Shown: piece after piece, positions 57,775-64,000 of the stretch | Position numbering within the stretch: the first letter of the stretch is position 1 | How the letters are laid out: the number at the start of each line of letters is the position of its first letter | From: an uncultured Actinomycetes bacterium | Lineage (GTDB): Bacteria; Actinomycetota; Acidimicrobiia; IMCC26256; PALSA-610 | Reading direction: 5' to 3' | Assembly: GCA_963837155.1 (NCBI GenBank) | Contig: CAWIMB010000002.1 | Coordinates: 151,144-215,143, forward strand | Length of the DNA: 64,000 nucleotides | Translations under genes and position numbers: made by a program | Notes under the pieces: generated by a model | Seen by the model: only the letters and a program-made list of their open reading frames with translations | What the model was told of the DNA's origin: nothing | Database searches by the model: none

Positions 57775-58598
57775 GCCGGGGGCCCGTCGGTCGCGACCAC
57801 GCTGGTCAGCGTCATCAGCCGGTGCTCGGCGCCGGCATCGACGATCTGCACGCGGGCGCGACCGTGGCCGGGTGCGATGTCGAGCACGTCCACCTGGGTG
57901 CGCACCGGCCCGACCCGGCCGAAGCCGAGGTAGGTGACCTGAAGGTCGCTCACGATCAGGTCTTTGCCGCTCGCGGCCCGGAGCGCGGCCTCGGCGGCGG
58001 CGCCGGCGACGGTTGCGACGATCCCGCCCTGCATTGCGCCCATCGAGTTGCGAGCCCAGTCCGTTACCGGCACCTCGACGACGCCCGCGCGTGCGTCGCG
58101 CACCCGTACTCCCAGTGCGTCGAGCAACGGTGCCCTCAGCCGCGAGCTGTCGATCGCCATCGTCGACGGACCGGAGCCCCGCACTTCAGTCATGTCGGGA
58201 TTGATGACACGGCGGGGGAGCACCGAGAAGCTCATCGTTGCGACGCCGATATCGCGTTCGCTGTCGTCGACGAGCGCGACCTCGATGACCACGGTTGTGC
58301 GACCGGCCCGTAAGACGCCGGCGCGGGCTTCGACGACCGACCCGGGGCGGGCGGCTGCCACGACGTGCAACGTGAGATCGGCGGTCGCGATCCAGTTCGG
58401 TTGCGCGGCGGTTGCAGCCAGACCTCCTCCGATCACGTCGACGAGCGTCGCAAGCGCGCCGGCCCGCGCCCCACCCCGGTCGGTGCAGAGCTCGGGAACG
58501 ATCGGAAGCCACGCCCGGCTGCTTCGACCGTCCGCGGAATGCTCGAACGTGAACCGCATGTCGCGCAGCACGTGTTCGTCGGGCGGATACATGCTCAT
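57771..58598 (-). CDS. double-hotdog PaaI-like thioesterase (paralog)
   Basis: ORF 57771..58598: GALATLVDVIGG and MQGGIVATVAGAAA. A GTGA overlap couples it to the downstream gene. Confidence 0.75.
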   Translation of the reverse strand: MSMYPPDEHVLRDMRFTFEHSADGRSSRAWLPIVPELCTDRGGARAGALATLVDVIGGGLAATAAQPNWIATADLTLHVVAAARPGSVVEARAGVLRAGRTTVVIEVALVDDSERDIGVATMSFSVLPRRVINPDMTEVRGSGPSTMAIDSSRLRAPLLDALGVRVRDARAGVVEVPVTDWARNSMGAMQGGIVATVAGAAAEAALRAASGKDLIVSDLQVTYLGFGRVGPVRTQVDVLDIAPGHGRARVQIVDAGAEHRLMTLTSVVATDGPPA

Positions 58599-58924
58599 GG
58601 CGACGATGGTCCCGACAGCTCGACGTCGATCTCGTCGTCGCGCTCGTCGACGTCGAGCATTACGACGGTTCCTTTGGGGTCGACGCGTCCGAACTCGTTG
58701 CGCTTATAGGCGTGGCCATCGCCGTCGAACGACCACGCATGGCCGGCACAAACCAGCTCGTCGCCGACGACGTAGCCCTCACTGAGGTCGTGATCGAGGT
58801 GCGGGCACCACCGCGGCGCACTGCGCACTCGTCCGTCGTGTCCGCGCCACACGACGAACTCCTCGCCCTCGACGTCGACTGCAATCACGCGGCCGGCGAC
58901 GACCGCCGTGCAAGCGATGCGCAT
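58595..58924 (-). CDS. Rieske (2Fe-2S) domain protein
   Basis: ORF 58595..58924: CPHLDH...CAGHAW (CxH...CxxH). Confidence 0.85.
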   Translation of the reverse strand: MRIACTAVVAGRVIAVDVEGEEFVVWRGHDGRVRSAPRWCPHLDHDLSEGYVVGDELVCAGHAWSFDGDGHAYKRNEFGRVDPKGTVVMLDVDERDDEIDVELSGPSSP

Positions 58925-59167
58925 TCACTTCTCTCCCGTGAGCTCGCGCACGACGCGCGCGCACTCGTCCAACGACGTGCCGCGGGCGACCGCGCGACCG
59001 AGCACGTGGCACAGGAGCGGCGCGTTCGTCCGCTGTCCGGTCGCGTGCGCGGCGGCTCCGGCGAGGTCGAGCAACGTCTCGGCGGCACTGGCGTCGACCA
59101 GGAGGTCGGCCGGGTCGAGCCCGGTGGCCTGCGCCAGCTGCAAGGTCGTCTCCGTGAGCCAATCCAT
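58925..59167 (-). CDS. DUF6457-like small protein
   Basis: ATG at 59167 inside ORF 58925..59281: MDWLTETTLQLAQATGLDPADL...APLLCHVLGRAVARG. Confidence 0.6.
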   Translation of the reverse strand: MDWLTETTLQLAQATGLDPADLLVDASAAETLLDLAGAAAHATGQRTNAPLLCHVLGRAVARGTSLDECARVVRELTGEK

Positions 59168-59427
59168 CCCGGCATTTTGCTTGGGCCACACCGGTGGGAT
59201 TCTCAAGCGGCGGACCGCCCGGGGTCGATGACATCGGCAGGCGCGCCGGGGGGTCGCCCAGGGGGAAATCCAAGATGTCATGGCCGTTGCGCGGGGAGCG
59301 GTTTGACGGCCCCCCCGATCCTGCTGTTAATGTCCGAACTTGGACGTTTGACGCGAAACGCCCAGGTTGGCTCGGCCAGCTCTGGGCTGCTCGCCCCGGA
59401 CGTCTTCCCATGGAGGGGGTTCAGGAC

Positions 59428-62253
59428 ATGGATGTTCGGACGCGCTATCGGGTGCGCAACCGGCGCGCGCTGATGCTCGTCTCGGTGTGCTCGGCGATCG
59501 CGCTCGCGATCCCGGCGATCAGCCTCGCCGTTGGCAGCTCCGCGCCACTCACGATCACCGCGTACGTCGGGCTGTCGAATGGCGTGAGCTACGGCTATCG
59601 CAGCACCGGCATCGGCAGCACGTGGACGCGCGCCTCATCGATCGATACCGGCGACGTCGGGGCGAGCGCGTTCCCGAACCTCGTCGACCTCGACGGCGAC
59701 GGCACGCAGGACATGCTCGTCGGCTCCTCCGACGGCAACGTGCGCGCGTTCCGCAACACCGGCAGCGACACCTCGCCGGTGTGGCAGTCGCAGCCCGCGT
59801 GGGACCCCGGCGTGGACGTCGGCAGCACCGCCGCGCCCGCCGCGATCGACCTCAACCGCGACGGCGTGCGCGACCTCATGATCGGCAACTCGAACGGCGA
59901 CGTCATCGCCGTGCAGAACGTCGGTACCAAGCAGGCACCGGTGTGGTCCCGCAACGCCGCGTGGGACCTCGACGCCGGCGGCTACGCGCACCCGGCGAGC
60001 GCCGACATCAACGGCGACGGGCGCGCCGACCTTGTCGTCGGGAACTCGCACGACGTGCTGCTCGCGTTCACCGGCACGGGAGACAACGCCCGTCCGCTCG
60101 CGCGGGCAGCAGCGTGGGACAGCGCGGTGTACGGGAATGGGCTCGCGCCCGCCGCGGCCGACCTCGACGGCGACGGCCGTCCTGACCTCCTGGTGGTCGA
60201 CAGCGGCGCCAAGCTCGTCGCCGCGCTGCGCAACACCGGCGCGGGATTCGTGCCGGAGCAAGGTTGGGTGAGCCCGCTCGATGCCGGCTCGGGCGCCGGG
60301 GGCATCGCGGTGCGTGTCGGGGGTGGCGGTGGCACACCGCCTCCGCCGCCAACAACGGCGCCGCCAACCACGCGTCCCAACACCGTGACGACGACGACGC
60401 CGAGCACGACGCCGGGGGGTGTCGTTGCCAAGTTGAGCGCGACGCCGGCATCGGGCAAGGCGCCGCTGCCGGTCATGCTCGACGCATCGAAGTCGGTCGA
60501 CCCGATCGCAGGACCGCGTCCGCTGACGTACACGTGGGACTTCGGGGACGGCAGCAAACCCTTGGCCGTGCGAGCGGCGGCCGTGGTTGCCGACCCCGTC
60601 GCGCGGGTGACCGAGGCGCGAAAGATGTACCAGCAGGCCGATTCACAGCGCGAGAGTGGCGACAAACTCGGCTCGGTCGCGGGCTATATAGCTGCCGGCA
60701 ACGCGTTTGTGGAGCTCACCGGTGAGAAGGGCCCGGCCGGGTTCACGGTGCACGGACATTCGACGATCGACACGATCTCGTACTTCTACCTGACGTCGAT
60801 CGATCACGACCTCGGCGCGCTCTACATGTTCAACGACGTTCCCGGGTTCGCCACCACTTGTGCGCGACTCCAGCAGGCCTACCTGTACTTCAACGACTCG
60901 TTCCGGGTGTCCGCCCTCGGCGGGTTCCCAGGTCTTCCCGATGCCCAGGGCACGTCCGCCCGGTTCGCAGACTTGAAGGTCAAGCTACAGAGCAGCGGCT
61001 GCAGCGTGCCCGCGGCCAAGCCGATGTGGCCGAGTACGGGATCGCCCCCGCCGACGCCTCCCACACCTCCGACGCCGCCGACTCCGCCGACACCGCCGAC
61101 GGGTCCGGCCGCGACGCAAGCGCACACGTTCATGACGGCGGGTGACTACACCGCACGCGTCACCGTGAGCGACGGCGCCACCAGCGCATCGGCAACGGTG
61201 ACGATCGTCGTCGCCGATCCGGCCGGCCCGCCGCCTCCTCCGCCGCCGCCGCCTCCTCCGCCCCCGCCGCCGCCCGGTGGTGGTGGGTCGGGCCAGCCGC
61301 TCGAAGGGTTCGGCGCCCAGACCAAGGGCGGTGCCGGCGGCGAGGTCATCCACGTGAGCCAGCCGACCGACGCCGCGGTGCACGCTGCGTTCAACCGTGC
61401 CAACGACATCTCGCCCTCACCGTCGATCGTGCGCTTCGACGTACAGGGTCCGATCACGGTGAACAGCTTCATCCTGGTGAACGCGTCCAACCTCACCGTT
61501 GAGGGGAACGGCGTGTCGCTGATCGGCAACTCGTCGTTGGGTGCGGGTGTCGGCGGCATGCTCGACTTCCGCGGCCACGACGTCATCGTGCACAACATGC
61601 GACTGCGCAACGGAGGCGACAACCTGCGGGCGCAGCGAACCGCGTACAACATCGTGTTCGATCACATCTCGTCGACCGGTTCCCACGACGACGGCATTTC
61701 GATCGGCTACGGCGCCCACGATGTCACCGTCCAGTACAGCTTCCTGGCGGGCAACACGCGATCGATCTTCATCAAGTACAACGACACCAACAACATCTCG
61801 ATCCACCACACATGGGTGATGAAGCAGTGGATCCGCGGGCCGCTCGCCTCACAGTCGGCGCTCGTCGACTTCCGCAACAACATCGTCGAGGACTGGCAGC
61901 TGTGGGGTGTGCGCTTCGAGAGCAACGCCTCGGGCAACGTCATCAACTCGATCTTCGGCGAGGGTGACTACGCAACGAAGCAATTCGGCAACCAGCGCAA
62001 CGCGCTCAACAACATCAGCGACAACGCGGTGTACTTCTCCGGCAACGTCTTCCAGGGCCACGCCCAGCCCGAGGGCAAGGCATCATCGGCGACGGAGCTC
62101 CCGGTCGCGCACGTGACGACCCAGTCGGTTGCCGACATGGAGAAGAACGTGCGGGCCAACGCGGGCGCGATGCCGCGCGACGCGATCGACAACCAGTACA
62201 TCAACATGGACAGCGGCTGGTCGCTTGGCGAGTCGCGTCCGTTGCGCTTCTGA
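59428..62253 (+). CDS. secreted multidomain protein: FG-GAP/VCBS repeats + split PKD domain + pectate-lyase-like beta-helix
   Basis: GGAGGGGG lies 9 nt upstream of the ATG at 59428, inside ORF 59194..62253. It has a signal/TM peptide and four DxDGDG/DxNxDG FG-GAP repeats. PKD halves LTYTWDFGDGS and HTFMTAGDYTARVTVSD are separated by about 190 aa. Linkers are (PPT)6 and P16. The beta-helix carries NIVFDHISSTGSHDDGISIG...IRGPL...FRNN. Confidence 0.85.
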   Translation: MDVRTRYRVRNRRALMLVSVCSAIALAIPAISLAVGSSAPLTITAYVGLSNGVSYGYRSTGIGSTWTRASSIDTGDVGASAFPNLVDLDGDGTQDMLVGSSDGNVRAFRNTGSDTSPVWQSQPAWDPGVDVGSTAAPAAIDLNRDGVRDLMIGNSNGDVIAVQNVGTKQAPVWSRNAAWDLDAGGYAHPASADINGDGRADLVVGNSHDVLLAFTGTGDNARPLARAAAWDSAVYGNGLAPAAADLDGDGRPDLLVVDSGAKLVAALRNTGAGFVPEQGWVSPLDAGSGAGGIAVRVGGGGGTPPPPPTTAPPTTRPNTVTTTTPSTTPGGVVAKLSATPASGKAPLPVMLDASKSVDPIAGPRPLTYTWDFGDGSKPLAVRAAAVVADPVARVTEARKMYQQADSQRESGDKLGSVAGYIAAGNAFVELTGEKGPAGFTVHGHSTIDTISYFYLTSIDHDLGALYMFNDVPGFATTCARLQQAYLYFNDSFRVSALGGFPGLPDAQGTSARFADLKVKLQSSGCSVPAAKPMWPSTGSPPPTPPTPPTPPTPPTPPTGPAATQAHTFMTAGDYTARVTVSDGATSASATVTIVVADPAGPPPPPPPPPPPPPPPPGGGGSGQPLEGFGAQTKGGAGGEVIHVSQPTDAAVHAAFNRANDISPSPSIVRFDVQGPITVNSFILVNASNLTVEGNGVSLIGNSSLGAGVGGMLDFRGHDVIVHNMRLRNGGDNLRAQRTAYNIVFDHISSTGSHDDGISIGYGAHDVTVQYSFLAGNTRSIFIKYNDTNNISIHHTWVMKQWIRGPLASQSALVDFRNNIVEDWQLWGVRFESNASGNVINSIFGEGDYATKQFGNQRNALNNISDNAVYFSGNVFQGHAQPEGKASSATELPVAHVTTQSVADMEKNVRANAGAMPRDAIDNQYINMDSGWSLGESRPLRF

Positions 62254-62254
62254 C

Positions 62255-62299
62255 CGTGCGGACGCAGCGCAGCCAGGGACGGCGCAGCGAGGGAGCCAT
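62255..62299 (+). repeat. family B repeat, single diverged copy
   Basis: CGTGCGGACGCAGCGCAGCCAGGGACGGCGCAGCGAGGGAGCCAT matches the 29026 unit at 41/45 positions. It begins 2 nt after the stop of the large gene. Confidence 0.7.
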
Positions 62300-62310
62300 A
62301 AAACAAGATC

Positions 62311-62358
62311 CCCAACCCAAGTTGGGACGCTCACGGGCGGCACCGGCCCGTGAGCGTC
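62311..62358. terminator. two adjacent hairpins between convergent genes
   Basis: CCCAAC-CCAA-GTTGGG, then a 13-bp stem GACGCTCACGGGC-GGCACCG-GCCCGTGAGCGTC. Confidence 0.6.
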
Positions 62359-62379
62359 TCAACTACCTCGCCACGTCTT

Positions 62380-62943
62380 TCAGTTGGCGGTGACGTCGTC
62401 CGGGTACTGGGCGAACATCGCCGGGTGCCCGCGCTGACGCTTGAGCACGTCTCGCCACAACCGTTCAGGTGTTGGTGCGAACGGGTCGTCGCGCCGCAGG
62501 TCGACAACGAACCACGCGTGCGCGTCGAGCTCGCTCTCGAGCTGCCCCGGGCCCCATCCCGCGTAGCCGACGAAGACGCGCAACTCGTCGAGAGGGACGC
62601 CCAGGTCGAGCGGGTCGCAGCCGAGGTCGACGGTACCGAGGTCATCGACGATCGGGACCCATCCGGAGCTCGAGGCGGGACGGGCGCGGCCGAGTGCGAT
62701 CACCGCATCGGGCGACACGGGACCGCCGGTGAAGATGACCGTCGGGGGTGTTGCGAAGACACGCCACTCCGGAAGCACGTCGTCCAGCGTGATGTCGCTC
62801 GGCCGGTTCAGGATGATCCCGAGCGCACCCTCGTCGTTGTGCTCGAGCATGAGCACAACCGTGCGATCGAAGTTGGGATCGACCAGTGGCGGCGTCGCGA
62901 CGAGCAATCGCCCGCGCAGCGTCTGCTTCCCGTCGTCGTCCAC
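62380..62943 (-). CDS. YqgE/AlgH family protein (UPF0301)
   Basis: GTG at 62943 inside ORF 62380..63441: GRLLVATPPLVDPNFDRTVVLMLEHNDEGALGIILNRP. An out-of-frame ATG at 62960 would give MGKIAS if one base were missing, so the start is uncertain. Confidence 0.8.
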   Translation of the reverse strand: MDDDGKQTLRGRLLVATPPLVDPNFDRTVVLMLEHNDEGALGIILNRPSDITLDDVLPEWRVFATPPTVIFTGGPVSPDAVIALGRARPASSSGWVPIVDDLGTVDLGCDPLDLGVPLDELRVFVGYAGWGPGQLESELDAHAWFVVDLRRDDPFAPTPERLWRDVLKRQRGHPAMFAQYPDDVTAN

Positions 62944-62982
62944 GGACGCGATCTTCCCATGAGGCGCCCGTAGGCTCGACCC

Positions 62983-64000
62983 ATGAATAGCGTGCCCTTG
63001 CTCGCCGCGTTGTGCGGCGCGGTTGGCGACAGGTACGTACAGACCGATCCGGAAGTTGTGGCCGGGCAGGTCGTGGACTGGACCGGACGGTTTCACGGCG
63101 CGACGCCCGCGGTGGTGCGTCCGGGCAGTGTCGAAGAGGTCGCCGCCGTATTGCACGCCTGCAATGCCGCGGGAGCGGCCGTCGTGCCGCAAGGCGGCAA
63201 TACCGGCCTGGTCGGCGGTTCGGTTCCATTGCGCGGAGAAATCGTGCTCGACCTGCGGCGCCTCGATGCGCTCGGAGCCGTCGACAAGCGCACCGGTCAA
63301 GTCACCGCCCAGGCCGGCGTCACGATCGCGGATCTCCAGCGGCGTGCCCGCGCCGCCGGCTGGCAGTACGGCATCGATCTCGGCGTGCGCGACGCGGCCA
63401 CGGTTGGCGGGACGATCGCAACCAATGCCGGCGGCGTCCATGTGTTGCGCTACGGCCCGACGCGCCGCCAGCTCGTCGGGATCGAAGCCGTCTTCGCGGA
63501 CGGCCGGGTCGTGCGTCGCCTCGACGGCCTCGAGAAGGACAACACCGGTTACGACATCGCGAGCTTGCTCTGCGGCAGTGAGGGCACGCTCGCGATCATC
63601 ACTGCTGCGCGCTTACGGCTCGTGCCGCGGCCGGCGTTCACTGTCGTCGCTCTGCTTGCATTTGGCAACGTCGATGCCGCGTTGGACGCGGTCGGAGAGT
63701 TGCGACGAACGCTCGACTGCGTGCAGGCCCTGGAATTCTTCTTGCAGAACGGCCTCGACCTCGTGTGCGAGCGCTTCCGGTTGCCACGTCCGTTCGCCGC
63801 GCGTCACGAGGCCTACGTCCTCGTGGAAGCGGCCGCCCAGGCGGATCCGACCGAGGCGCTCGGCAGCGCAGTCGCCGCACTCGACGCTGCCGATGTCGCG
63901 GTCGCAACCGACAGCGCGAGCGCACGCGCGTTGTGGCGCTATCGCGAGGCCCACACCGAGGCCATCAACCTGGAAGGCGCGCCCCACAAGCTCGACGTCT
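62983..64000 (+). CDS. FAD-binding oxidoreductase (GlcD / D-lactate dehydrogenase-like), 3' end outside the window
   Basis: Not in the ORF track because it has no stop in the window. My own translation from the ATG at 62983 gives MNSVPLLAAL...VVRPGSVEEVAAVLHACNAAGAAVVPQGGNTGLVGGSVP...GGTIATNAGG...EKDNTGYDIASLLCGSEGTLAIIT. Confidence 0.8.
   Translation, partial: MNSVPLLAALCGAVGDRYVQTDPEVVAGQVVDWTGRFHGATPAVVRPGSVEEVAAVLHACNAAGAAVVPQGGNTGLVGGSVPLRGEIVLDLRRLDALGAVDKRTGQVTAQAGVTIADLQRRARAAGWQYGIDLGVRDAATVGGTIATNAGGVHVLRYGPTRRQLVGIEAVFADGRVVRRLDGLEKDNTGYDIASLLCGSEGTLAIITAARLRLVPRPAFTVVALLAFGNVDAALDAVGELRRTLDCVQALEFFLQNGLDLVCERFRLPRPFAARHEAYVLVEAAAQADPTEALGSAVAALDAADVAVATDSASARALWRYREAHTEAINLEGAPHKLDV

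Noticed and set aside
61043-61275. Nucleotide repeats CCGCCGAC(N) x6 and a 48-nt CCN run as independent repeat elements
   Set aside because: They are in frame inside the large CDS and encode the (PPT)6 and P16 interdomain linkers, so they are coding low-complexity sequence.

Overview
High-G+C segment (judged by eye, not computed) with an Actinomycetota-type gene complement: F420/deazaflavin enzymes, a mycothiol-type MDMPI/DinB protein, DUF3052, DUF6457, and a PncA that looks very similar, from memory, to the mycobacterial enzyme. I count about 70 tightly packed protein genes, many joined by ATGA/GTGA 4-nt overlaps. Most are accessory redox or catabolic enzymes: 3 amidohydrolase-2, 4 cupins or cupin-like, 3-4 P450s, 3 SDRs, 2 LLM oxidoreductases, 2 Gfo/Idh/MocA, 2 sulfatases and 5 hotdog thioesterases. 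There are also many local regulators (5 TetR, 1 MarR, 1 ECF sigma, 1 NrtR-like), an NAD salvage operon (pncB-pncA-nrtR-NMNAT::NYN), Lon protease, a 1-Cys peroxiredoxin and a 941-aa secreted mosaic protein. I recognised no rRNA, tRNA, CRISPR, transposase, integrase or phage genes. The main unexplained signals are these. (1) A perfect 7-copy 44-nt tandem array of double hairpins at 41.1 kb. (2) Several families of short structured or purine-rich intergenic repeats sitting exactly between operon genes (MIRU-like), two of them showing compensatory base changes. (3) A lower-G+C ECF-sigma cassette bracketed by a 24-nt perfect direct repeat. (4) A nucleotidyltransferase::NYN fusion inside the NrtR-type NAD cluster. 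(5) At least 15 genes whose conserved protein sequence continues in another frame, usually fixed by a single 1-nt indel (3n+1 or 3n+2 spans). This points to an indel-prone assembly or widespread gene decay. All family calls rest on motif recognition in the supplied translations; no database search was run.
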